DNA of 20,165 bases from a virus (taxonomy: Duplodnaviria; Heunggongvirae; Uroviricota; Caudoviricetes), in the IMG/VR virus record IMGVR_UViG_2648501150_000043, positions 1 to 20,165 of that record, one strand, 5' to 3'. The notes beneath the pieces are model-generated. The model was not told where the DNA came from, made no database searches, and worked only from the letters and a program-made list of their open reading frames with translations. The number at the start of each line of letters is the position of its first letter. Position 1 is the stretch's first letter. A program made the translations under genes and the position numbers. This document shows positions 1 through 7,610 of this stretch, in pieces.

Positions 1-93
1 GTCGATAGGACCGAGATCGATTACATCAGTAGAAGCTGCGGAAGCCGTAACCGCCTGCGCTTCGGAGAACATCAACAGTTTGTCGAGGATCAT
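1..93 (-). CDS. Hypothetical protein, N-terminal 31 codons only (gene continues beyond left window edge); probably a virion structural gene downstream of the capsid gene
   Basis: ATG at 93-91 (minus) preceded by GGAG about 8 nt upstream; open frame runs to position 1; translation MILDKLLMFSEAQAVTASAASTDVIDLGPID; sits directly after capsid gene in the same operon. Confidence 0.35.
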   Translation of the reverse strand, partial: MILDKLLMFSEAQAVTASAASTDVIDLGPID

Positions 94-108
94 TTTCTTT
101 CTCCATTC

Positions 109-128
109 ATGGGCCGGTTAAGGCCCAT
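109..128 (-). other. Stem-loop (ATGGGCC-GGTTAA-GGCCCAT) in the capsid/next-gene intergenic space; possible mRNA stabiliser or attenuator, no U-tract
   Basis: 7-bp perfect inverted repeat with 6-nt loop read directly from sequence at 109-128. Confidence 0.3.
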
Positions 129-144
129 CAGTTAATAACAGGCG

Positions 145-1131
145 TTAAACAACGCGCGCTTCTGTTTCCAGAATCGCATCGGTTTCACGGATAGGAATGC
201 CACGGAAAGTGGTCCACCATTCGCCTTCTGTCTCTTTGACGGACAGAGCCAGAGAGGCTTTATCCAGAGATTGCAGGTCGAGAGCCTGGGCAACGGTGCG
301 GTTCATGTAGAAAGCCGCACGGCCCATCTTCAGGTTAGGAACGCGGTGCAGAGCTTTAACCATCTGAGTGACGATGTTTGCAGCAGAGGCAGGAACAGAC
401 AGATCGCTTACATCGATGTTGGCGATACGAACAACGTAGCGCCAGTCACGAAGAGCCAGGCCGTTATCCCACTTATAGTGAGTGCGGTAGCCTTCATACT
501 GGCCACCATTGGCATCTTTAAGGGTCTGCTGGCCCTTATCTTCCATATGAAGGCCAGCCTTTTGACCTTTCGGGAAGATGCCGTGAACAGTGTTTTCACC
601 CCATACAACCAGCCAGATAGAAGTGTTATCTGTGCCAGTGCCACCAGCGTCGATAATGTTCTGGCCGTTACCAGCTGATTTGCTGGAATAACGAGACGCC
701 AGCCCCATAAACTGCTGCGGGTTAACACTGGTATCACCATAGAACAGGGTCTGAGCCATCTGCTGGTTCATAGCTTCAATGAATGCGCGGTCTTCAGACA
801 GACGGAATTCAGCGGTGTTGCCGTTCAGGTCAGCCAGAGACTTATCGATTTCGGCATAGGTTTCCAGCATTCCGCAGGAGTCTGTTACCTGTACAGTGGT
901 GGATTTGCTTGGCTGCACGCCATAGTTCAGCAGACGCCATGTTGCTGACGGCAGGCCTGAGCGGATAGTGGTACGGTGACCTGTAGGAAGGTTACCTTCA
1001 ACGATCAGCATATCCTGCAGGATAGGGTTGGTTTGTGCGAGAAGCTCGATAATCTTATCGACTTTCCCGTTCGGGTCGATGCGCTTGCCCCAGTCTGCCA
1101 GCGTCAGCGCAGTTAAGCCTTTAACAGCCAT
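145..1131 (-). CDS. Major capsid protein (328 aa)
   Basis: 328-aa ORF with GAGG RBS 7 nt upstream of ATG; position immediately after scaffold-like gene and downstream of portal; size and composition typical of a phage coat protein; followed by a stem-loop. Family assignment by recall, not by search. Confidence 0.75.
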   Translation of the reverse strand: MAVKGLTALTLADWGKRIDPNGKVDKIIELLAQTNPILQDMLIVEGNLPTGHRTTIRSGLPSATWRLLNYGVQPSKSTTVQVTDSCGMLETYAEIDKSLADLNGNTAEFRLSEDRAFIEAMNQQMAQTLFYGDTSVNPQQFMGLASRYSSKSAGNGQNIIDAGGTGTDNTSIWLVVWGENTVHGIFPKGQKAGLHMEDKGQQTLKDANGGQYEGYRTHYKWDNGLALRDWRYVVRIANIDVSDLSVPASAANIVTQMVKALHRVPNLKMGRAAFYMNRTVAQALDLQSLDKASLALSVKETEGEWWTTFRGIPIRETDAILETEARVV

Positions 1132-1145
1132 GGTTATTTCCTCTC

Positions 1146-1856
1146 TTATTTGCCATAGAGCACTTCGGCAGCACTACGCTGACCGCTTTCTTTCCCGGTT
1201 ACCATGCCGTCTTCTGACATGGCTTTACCGATTTTGATGAAAGCCTTCACCAGTTCAGGGTGATTACCCAGGCCGGTGCCTTCCAGATATTCTTTCAGTT
1301 CAGGTGTGCCGAACTGAGCAAGAGCACGCTGTGCTGCGCTCAGGTTACCGGTGAGATTGTCTCCGCCGATCTCCTTGTCTGCCTTAACGTCAGCAGCCCA
1401 CTGTTCGGTGGTTTTCTGCCAGGCTTCCGCCTGCTGCTGCTGGACCATTGGCATAATCTTGGTGCCGTACAGATCGACCATCTTCTGCGCCTGCTCATTA
1501 GTCAGGTTCAGTTCGCGGGCGATAGGCTCGAACTGCTCCAGAGCGGCAGCATCAAGTTCCTGACCTTCAGCTGGTTTGAACTCGTATTTCTCCGGAGCGC
1601 CTTCCGGCTTCTTATCCTTGTCTTCACCAGGCTTTTCCTCTTTTGGCTTATCGCCATCGATAGGCTTGTCGTCCTGAGGCTTGTCGCTTTCAGTGCCAGG
1701 ATGTGACTTATCGCCTTCTGGTTTAGCCGGATCGCCAGCGGGTGCCGGATTATCACCAGTTGATGCTGCGGGTTCAGATGCAGCAGGAGCTGCGCCACCA
1801 TCAGCAGGTTGCTCATTGCAAAGACGGCGATGCAGCAAACGATCAAATAAATTCAT
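1146..1856 (-). CDS. Scaffolding-like / head assembly protein (236 aa)
   Basis: Acidic, Pro/Glu/Lys-rich low-complexity N-terminal half and helical C-terminal half; AAGG RBS; located between portal-side genes and the capsid gene, the canonical scaffold position. Confidence 0.55.
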   Translation of the reverse strand: MNLFDRLLHRRLCNEQPADGGAAPAASEPAASTGDNPAPAGDPAKPEGDKSHPGTESDKPQDDKPIDGDKPKEEKPGEDKDKKPEGAPEKYEFKPAEGQELDAAALEQFEPIARELNLTNEQAQKMVDLYGTKIMPMVQQQQAEAWQKTTEQWAADVKADKEIGGDNLTGNLSAAQRALAQFGTPELKEYLEGTGLGNHPELVKAFIKIGKAMSEDGMVTGKESGQRSAAEVLYGK

Positions 1857-1870
1857 ACGTTACCTTCTTG

Positions 1871-2416
1871 TTAATCAATGCTGATGACGCGTTGAACCCT
1901 GACAGATACAGAGGTCAACGTGATGGTCTGGCCTGATTCATTTGAAAGGCCGACCTGAATTCCGCTGACGGTGAACGGATCAAGTTCATTCATGGTGAAA
2001 CTGGCAAGTACATCGTCACGGTTACTGATGCTGGTTCCGTTCACCTTCACGCTTGACTCGGATCCGACGATGTCGCCATTTGGGCGCCTGGTCTGAATCA
2101 TCCATTCCCTTGCCGTTCCTGACGCACCACCAACGGTACCGTTAATACGGGTACTGAAAAGAACCTGGCTCGGCGCTTCCTGAGCAGGGAATATAAGATT
2201 TCCCGAATTGATGCTGAGATTCGCGTTACCGTCAGCAGCTTTAACGATCCCGGAAAGTGAAAAGAAGTTCTGAAAAGCGGCATCAGCCACAACCTGAGAT
2301 CCAGTCCAGTTAAATATGTCCATCTGAAATGTCTGCGGCTCTTCATCCACTGCATAAAAGTCTGCAATGGTCGAGTTACCATCGTTTCTCAGCCTGATCA
2401 TGCGTTTACGGATCAT
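1871..2416 (-). CDS. Hypothetical head-module protein (181 aa), beta-rich, Gly/Ser/Asn/Thr-rich
   Basis: ORF with AGGAG RBS; ATGA start/stop overlap with upstream 99-aa gene; embedded in head operon between portal and scaffold. Confidence 0.6.
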   Translation of the reverse strand: MIRKRMIRLRNDGNSTIADFYAVDEEPQTFQMDIFNWTGSQVVADAAFQNFFSLSGIVKAADGNANLSINSGNLIFPAQEAPSQVLFSTRINGTVGGASGTAREWMIQTRRPNGDIVGSESSVKVNGTSISNRDDVLASFTMNELDPFTVSGIQVGLSNESGQTITLTSVSVRVQRVISID

Positions 2417-2712
2417 TTGTCTTTCTCCTGAGACTCAGCGGCCATTTTCAGATACTGTTCAGGACAGTGCGCCATGACGCGCTGAAACAATGCCAGTGCC
2501 AGGTTGCGCTGCCCTTCGTTGAATGCAGTTAAGTGCGAATCACCAGCGAAGCATGGTGAGAACACCTTTCCCCTCTCCAGCATCGACCAGATAACGCGGC
2601 GGCCTTGCTCGCTACCCATAACGAACTTGATGTCGTCGATATCACGCTGAGCCAGAAGTTGCTGTTTGGCGTCAAGCTCTGCTTTGCGTCCTTCGTCGTC
2701 GATATCCATCAT
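2413..2712 (-). CDS. Hypothetical small acidic head-module protein (99 aa)
   Basis: ORF whose ATG overlaps the portal stop codon (ATGA coupling at 2709-2712); no recognisable family. Confidence 0.55.
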   Translation of the reverse strand: MMDIDDEGRKAELDAKQQLLAQRDIDDIKFVMGSEQGRRVIWSMLERGKVFSPCFAGDSHLTAFNEGQRNLALALFQRVMAHCPEQYLKMAAESQEKDK

Positions 2713-4379
2713 TGCTGCGGTGCTCCTGCTGCATTAGCGATAGCAGTTAATGCGCTCGGGTCGCTGGTCTGCGTTTCGCTGAGAGTCTTGGCCCCCTGCG
2801 CTGCCGCCTGACCCATAGCCATTGCCTGTGCCGCCTGAGCCTGTTTAGCTCGCTCTTCACGAATACCCTGTACCTGCTCCTGCGGAACGATGACGGTTGG
2901 CGATACGCCTGACATTTCAGAGAACGCGTCGATAGCCTGATCCACATCAAGCTTGTCGAGCGCTTCAGGTTTGAACTGCGCCAGTTGCCCGATAAATCCA
3001 ACTGTCTGCGACAGGCTGGTGAGGCCGATAGATTTCTGAGCCTGAGCCATCACAGAGATGTACTCGATACGCAGCGGCATACCCTGAAGAACGTCAGGAG
3101 GTTCTGGCAACATGTTCTTGCGGGCCATGATTGAGAACACGCGATCGATAAGCGGGTTAAGCGCTTCGTCATTCAGGCGCTCAAGCACCGGGCCAAGCAT
3201 CAGCAGTTTCTCTTCCTTCATCTCGATCACCGCTTCCACCGGCATAGATCGGGTGTTGATGTTTTGCAGCATCATGAAGAGGTCAACGAAGTAGGCGCTG
3301 TTGATGGTCTGCCTAGTGTCCTGAATGTCAGCCAGCAGGTCGGCGGTATTCGGGTTTACCAGGTATGCAGGTTTGAAACCATCCTGACCGGTCAACACGT
3401 CGAGGTACGTCACATCGCCAGGCAACAGGGAAACCCGCTGATTCTTGAGCGATGTCGGGGCAACCATCGGCGGGTTAGTGGCTTTATCGATCAACTGAGC
3501 TTTGCGCTTCTGCTCAACCTGAAGGGCTTTAACCTGACCGAGTGCCAGCATTCCAGGACAGGATGAGGCGTAAACGTCTTCGCCATTCACTTCCCAGCGC
3601 GGCGCCAGAATAGGGAATTCATCAAATCCGGATTCACGCAGCAGCTTGTCAGCGTCACCGCCAGTTTCGAAATAGACAGAGCGGTAAGGCTTGTTCTTGC
3701 TGTCCATCTTACCGCTGTCGCGGTTGACGTTAGGCGTGATGCAGTGGTTAACCTCCACCCACGTTTCATACGTGCCATTTTCCCACATGCCTTTTACGGA
3801 TGTACTGACGTTATCCAGACCGAATTCCTGCACCATCTGGCGCACGGTCATGGAGAACTGGCGAATGCAGGTGTCTACGCTACCGCGCGGACTGTTAGCC
3901 AGGTAGTAACTGCCAATAGGGAAAGGCATTGTGCGGATCACGTCCTGGTCATCTTCCAGAACAGCCATAGCGCCGGTGCCGAAAGTACCCAGACTTGCGT
4001 ACATAACAGGCAGTGACTGATACAAATTCGATTTGTTGAACACTTCGTTCATGCGGCGCTGCACGACTTCCAGCCAGATTTTCACCGGGCCATAGTCCAT
4101 CATGTCAGGGTCAGGCGTTGCCAGTTTGAACCACGGTCGTGCCGGACTGGTGATGCCTGACATCATGCCGCTGGACAGAATGCGCTGAGCCATTGAGCCA
4201 GTGGGATCAACAATCTTGGTGTTACGGCGATCATCACGGTTTACATCAGATGTCAGAAAGCGGGAGCCACGCGGATTGATGAAGTCACTCAGATCACGCC
4301 AGTGCGATTCGAACGATGTGCGCTCATTCTTCAGCTGCGCAAGTTGCTTCAGCAGGCGCTCTTTTTCGGTTTCCGCCAT
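2709..4379 (-). CDS. Portal (head-to-tail connector) protein, 556 aa
   Basis: Long ORF of typical portal size downstream of the large terminase, upstream of scaffold and capsid; GGAG-type RBS; sequence recalls podovirus-type connector proteins (recall only). Confidence 0.85.
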   Translation of the reverse strand: MAETEKERLLKQLAQLKNERTSFESHWRDLSDFINPRGSRFLTSDVNRDDRRNTKIVDPTGSMAQRILSSGMMSGITSPARPWFKLATPDPDMMDYGPVKIWLEVVQRRMNEVFNKSNLYQSLPVMYASLGTFGTGAMAVLEDDQDVIRTMPFPIGSYYLANSPRGSVDTCIRQFSMTVRQMVQEFGLDNVSTSVKGMWENGTYETWVEVNHCITPNVNRDSGKMDSKNKPYRSVYFETGGDADKLLRESGFDEFPILAPRWEVNGEDVYASSCPGMLALGQVKALQVEQKRKAQLIDKATNPPMVAPTSLKNQRVSLLPGDVTYLDVLTGQDGFKPAYLVNPNTADLLADIQDTRQTINSAYFVDLFMMLQNINTRSMPVEAVIEMKEEKLLMLGPVLERLNDEALNPLIDRVFSIMARKNMLPEPPDVLQGMPLRIEYISVMAQAQKSIGLTSLSQTVGFIGQLAQFKPEALDKLDVDQAIDAFSEMSGVSPTVIVPQEQVQGIREERAKQAQAAQAMAMGQAAAQGAKTLSETQTSDPSALTAIANAAGAPQQ

Positions 4380-4393
4380 CTCTGCCTACTCCG

Positions 4394-4600
4394 TTACTGA
4401 CCAAGCAGCGTTTTACCGCTGGTGTTTGCGGTTGAGGTGTCACCCTGAGCACCAGTCAGCAGAGTGGAACTGCGTCCTGCTGCTGCACGGCGGCGGCGTT
4501 CTTCGTCGTCACGAGAACTGACAACTGCTGCATCCTGCTCCTGTGGCGCAGCCTGTACTTCTGGCGCTGCTGGCACTGATGGCTTGCTGCCGATACACAT
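4394..4600 (-). CDS. Hypothetical small protein (68 aa), Ala/Pro/Arg-rich low complexity
   Basis: ORF ending 14 nt before portal start; GGAG 10 nt upstream of ATG; low-complexity composition makes coding status uncertain. Confidence 0.35.
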   Translation of the reverse strand: MCIGSKPSVPAAPEVQAAPQEQDAAVVSSRDDEERRRRAAAGRSSTLLTGAQGDTSTANTSGKTLLGQ

Positions 4601-4689
4601 AGCAATAGCTCCGTACGCAATTAAATTATTACCAATTTAACCACATATGATTTATTTAGCGTAGGCTATTGACACTTATAACATCAGAT

Positions 4690-4706
4690 ATTACCTTTTA
4701 GGTAAT
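4690..4706. promoter_or_regulatory. Perfect 17-bp palindrome ATTACC-TTTTA-GGTAAT (operator-like site, isolated copy upstream of portal operon)
   Basis: Exact inverted repeat read in sequence; same motif family as the sites flanking the repressor gene; TTGACA at 4670-4675 lies just upstream. Confidence 0.5.
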
Positions 4707-5308
4707 TGATGTTGATGTAACGCAGTTGATGTACGGCATATGGCACATGTGCCGCAGCGGTCCGGATGGGTTCCATTGATGCTACTTCCCCAGCCGGGTA
4801 GCCGGAATGTGCAAGCCAGTGTCAGGTAAGCACGGACAGACGATTCACCATCGTGGCGATACGGTGTGACACCTCGGAAGAGACGAGGATGCAACGATGA
4901 GAGCATTGGGGTGACCGGTTAATCCCATGACGCTAACCGATACAGGCGCAGTGCTCTCAATGTTGTGGTTAATGGCGGGGCTGACCGTCAAACGGTTGAG
5001 AAAAGATAAGCAGGCGAAACGTTCTAAGCGAGCATACGGACTGATCGAACGCGGATGGAACGGGCGGTTACGATATTGAAACACCGCGCCACTGAGCTGG
5101 AGTTCAGCACCAGCCACCACAAACGAATCACGTTAGGACCGTGGTAAACCGTAGTGCCAATGTAATTGCTGTGTGACTTTGTCGGTGCCAGATTCATCCC
5201 GAGTTGCCCCTCGCTGGTACCGACACTTTTTTTACAGCAGAACGCCATTGCGATGACGTTGCGCTGTAAACCCGTAACTGCCATGGAAGGCACCCTTACT
5301 TCCAGTTC
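4707..5308 (+). other. About 600-bp region without ORFs of 60 aa or more on the plus strand, rich in local inverted repeats; candidate long structured leader or ncRNA, ending in intrinsic terminator
   Basis: Six-frame track shows no plus-strand ORF here; the three minus-strand ORFs are in three different frames with implausible composition; region bounded by promoter-like TTGACA (4670) and a strong terminator (5309-5332). Confidence 0.25.
4927..5079 (+). CDS. Possible 50-aa small protein MTLTDTGAVLSMLWLMAGLTVKRLRKDKQAKRSKRAYGLIERGWNGRLRY (hydrophobic N-terminus, strongly basic C-terminus)
   Basis: Found by manual translation (below ORF-track size cut-off); weak RBS (GGGGTG about 13 nt upstream); speculative. 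Confidence 0.2.
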   Translation: MTLTDTGAVLSMLWLMAGLTVKRLRKDKQAKRSKRAYGLIERGWNGRLRY

Positions 5309-5332
5309 GCCCACTTCGGTGGGCATTTTTTT
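5309..5332 (+). terminator. Rho-independent terminator: GCCCAC-TTCG-GTGGGC hairpin followed by ATTTTTTT
   Basis: Perfect 6-bp GC-rich stem with 4-nt loop and 7-T run on plus strand; the reverse strand lacks a T-run, so it is unidirectional. Confidence 0.65.
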
Positions 5333-5343
5333 AAGGTGAGATT

Positions 5344-5775
5344 ATGAGCAAAGACCTGTTTGACATGAAGCGCCTTCCGGTTGACCGGGTTGCTGCGAGA
5401 GTTGTTGGTAAGGGCGTGGATTGGACACCAAACAAAGTTATCCAGACAGGAGACAGCGATCTGCCGTTGCCAGTGTTTTCTGTGTATAACATTAAAAACC
5501 CGCAACAACGGCGAGAAGTGAAAGCAATGATCGGAAGAAAGCGCGGGAGATTGACAATAATTGGCCTTGCTGTCACGCAAGGAGCAAAAAATAAAGGTGC
5601 TCGCTATGTTGCTCGTTGTGTTTGCGGGATTTATACGTATCGCCGAGCAAAAAATTTCAAGAATAATTCCGATGAGTTTGATGGCTGCGAACGATGCAGG
5701 GAGTTGCTGTTTTTGAAACGAGATGAGGTCCATCGCAGAACTGGAAAATGGGTAGAATGGAAAGATTTGATATAA
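5344..5775 (+). CDS. Hypothetical basic protein with C-terminal Cys4 zinc-ribbon (C-x-C ... C-x2-C), 143 aa
   Basis: AAGGTGAG RBS 4 nt before ATG, immediately after a terminator; own terminator downstream; opposite strand to the surrounding late operon; Cys pairs CVCG and CERC about 21 residues apart. Confidence 0.65.
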   Translation: MSKDLFDMKRLPVDRVAARVVGKGVDWTPNKVIQTGDSDLPLPVFSVYNIKNPQQRREVKAMIGRKRGRLTIIGLAVTQGAKNKGARYVARCVCGIYTYRRAKNFKNNSDEFDGCERCRELLFLKRDEVHRRTGKWVEWKDLI

Positions 5776-5778
5776 CGC

Positions 5779-5792
5779 TGTGACATGTCACA
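5779..5792. promoter_or_regulatory. 14-bp perfect palindrome TGTGACATGTCACA
   Basis: Exact palindrome 4 nt after the 143-aa gene stop; a 12-bp copy GTGACATGTCAC recurs at 8296-8307, and GGCACATGTGCC at 4742-4753 shares the ACATGT core. Confidence 0.35.
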
Positions 5793-5795
5793 TTC

Positions 5796-5821
5796 AGCCC
5801 GCCGATGCGCGGGCTTTTTTG
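5796..5821 (+). terminator. Rho-independent terminator: AGCCCGC-CGATGC-GCGGGCT hairpin followed by TTTTTT
   Basis: 7-bp GC stem plus 6-T run on plus strand only. Confidence 0.65.
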
Positions 5822-5862
5822 TATGGCATAATCACTCATTCGATTATCACAGCGAGTGGACC

Positions 5863-6144
5863 ATGAAAATTAAACAAAAAATTGTTAATACCTTTGTGAA
5901 CTCAACCCATGAGTGGAACATGGCCATGCACAATGCCATTGAAAGAAAGGTATTTGAAGGATTTGAAAGCACATTCCCTAATGGATTAAAAGACCCTGCT
6001 GAGACCGGTGAAAGAATAGAGTCAATGCGTGCATTCTATTATCAGCGCATGATGAATACCGCATCACTTTTGCTAACTGGTGCGTCACTAATCATTGCAT
6101 TAGTTGCCTTGGTTGTAGCTCTGATATCAATTCACTATGCATAG
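5863..6144 (+). CDS. Hypothetical small membrane-anchored protein (93 aa) with C-terminal transmembrane helix; the track ORF starts earlier at 5785
   Basis: Hydrophobic stretch SLLLTGASLIIALVALVVALISI at C-terminus; visibly AT-rich codon usage compared with neighbours; 3' end overlaps terL 3' end convergently by 10 bp. Confidence 0.5.
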   Translation: MKIKQKIVNTFVNSTHEWNMAMHNAIERKVFEGFESTFPNGLKDPAETGERIESMRAFYYQRMMNTASLLLTGASLIIALVALVVALISIHYA

Positions 6145-7610
6145 GGGTCGTATTCTGTCAACGCCTTGCCCTGCTGGCTTTGCTGTCCTGGTATATTCAT
6201 ACGTTTCGACACCGGGAAAGCAAACGTCAGCAGCAGCGCATCACCCTTGCCAGGAGAACGGCCTAACCGCTCTTTGATATCTTCCTTCGGCTCAATAACT
6301 ATCTTGCCGTCCACCCTGACTTTGTACTCAGCCGCCGACAGGTCGTCAGCCGTTTCCTGGTCATCCAGTGCGCCACCAATTTTCAGCCACGTTTTGCAGC
6401 TGTTGAACATCTCGCCGCGCTTGTTGAGCATCTGCGGATCGGTAGAGCCGCCGCCGAAAGGTATCAGTTGCCAGGAACGGCCCCAGCCATCACCGATTGA
6501 CTTCAGCCCGGTACCATACCCGAAGTCGATGAATACAGCGTCAGCCTGGTACTGGTCTTCAAAATCAGCGATACGCTTTGCCATAATCAGATCATCGGTT
6601 GTCTTATTGCCGGTCCATAGCACTTTGCTGTGAAGCCCCTGGCGCAGGTATATCACCGCGTCATCCACACCGGAATACGCCGGGTCAACACCGATAATCA
6701 CCGGAGCGTGCGCCACCTGCCCGGCTGTCACCACGCGCTTCATTGCGGAATCAGTCAGGCCTGTCGGGATAAACTGGAGTTCAGACGCATCAGGGAAGAT
6801 CCCGCGTACACGAACTTTCACGAAGTCGCTATCCTCGCCGTAGTCATCAACCCACTTCTGCAACTGCTGCTTGTTGGTGCCTTCCACGGTGCGGCTGTCT
6901 ATCTGCGCGCACTTCCAGCGGTGTTTGTATTTGCGGAAGCATTCACGGAAACGCCCGGTGTTACGCGTAGGGTTCCCGAACGCCACCCAGATGATTTCGG
7001 TGTCTTCGTCCGTCAGCGCACCCTCGGCAACTTCCCACACCAGATCGGCAATGTTGGACGCTTCATCGAATACAACGATGATGCGCTTGCGTTCGTTGTG
7101 CAGACCGGCGAACGCCTCGGTGTTGTGTTCAGACCATGGAATAGCATCAGCGCGCCAGCGTTTGTCGTGACCGGGATCGTTGCTGTACATCGCGGTGGCG
7201 GTGCAGGTGAACCACTCTTTCGTGATAGCCAGGTTCGACCATTTGATGATTTCAGGCCATGTTTTGGTGCGCAGCTGGTTGTCGGTGTTGGCGGTCACCA
7301 CCACCTTGCAGTCTTCACAGGTAGACATGCCCCAGTTGATGAGCATCGAGATGAACGCAGATTTACCGATACCGTGGCCGGATGCGCGGGCCAACATCAG
7401 CGGCTGGTGACGCGTTGCTGGATTCTGCAGGTGATCGCGTATCTCGCGGAATGCGTCTGCCTGCCATTTTCGCGGGCCGGTGGCATGCGCCAGTTCTGTC
7501 CCCTCTTCGCCCCACGGAAACGCATACAGCGAATAGCCCAGCGGGTCATATGTGAACGATGCAATATCCTCGACAAGCTGCTCTTCCGGCGACATGGCTG
7601 CGGCTGTCAT
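6135..7610 (-). CDS. terL: Terminase large subunit (491 aa)
   Basis: Walker-A-like GHGIGKS near N-terminus, nuclease-like acidic C-terminal half, size, ATGA overlap with upstream small terminase gene. Confidence 0.9.
   Translation of the reverse strand: MTAAAMSPEEQLVEDIASFTYDPLGYSLYAFPWGEEGTELAHATGPRKWQADAFREIRDHLQNPATRHQPLMLARASGHGIGKSAFISMLINWGMSTCEDCKVVVTANTDNQLRTKTWPEIIKWSNLAITKEWFTCTATAMYSNDPGHDKRWRADAIPWSEHNTEAFAGLHNERKRIIVVFDEASNIADLVWEVAEGALTDEDTEIIWVAFGNPTRNTGRFRECFRKYKHRWKCAQIDSRTVEGTNKQQLQKWVDDYGEDSDFVKVRVRGIFPDASELQFIPTGLTDSAMKRVVTAGQVAHAPVIIGVDPAYSGVDDAVIYLRQGLHSKVLWTGNKTTDDLIMAKRIADFEDQYQADAVFIDFGYGTGLKSIGDGWGRSWQLIPFGGGSTDPQMLNKRGEMFNSCKTWLKIGGALDDQETADDLSAAEYKVRVDGKIVIEPKEDIKERLGRSPGKGDALLLTFAFPVSKRMNIPGQQSQQGKALTEYDPYA

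Noticed and set aside
271-968. Several 60-135 aa ORFs on both strands inside the capsid gene
   Set aside because: Nested within or antisense to the well-supported 328-aa capsid ORF.
4707-5308. Identity of the ORF-poor region as tRNA, tmRNA, RNase P RNA or a group I/II intron
   Set aside because: No tRNA T-loop or acceptor/CCA signatures, no resemblance to remembered tmRNA or RNase P sequences, no group I P/Q/R/S elements or group II domain V consensus; identity left open.
4691-5326. Three overlapping minus-strand ORFs (71, 91, 100 aa) that could be read as a frameshifted pseudogene
   Set aside because: The three fragments show no recognisable protein features and no consistent RBS; a decayed gene cannot be excluded, but non-coding or regulatory DNA seems more likely.
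4670-5775. Type III toxin-antitoxin (ToxIN-like) interpretation of repeat RNA, terminator, toxin
   Set aside because: The architecture (non-coding stretch, terminator, RBS, ORF) fits, but no tandem direct repeats are visible in the non-coding part and the downstream protein is a zinc-ribbon protein rather than a ToxN/AbiQ-like RNase.
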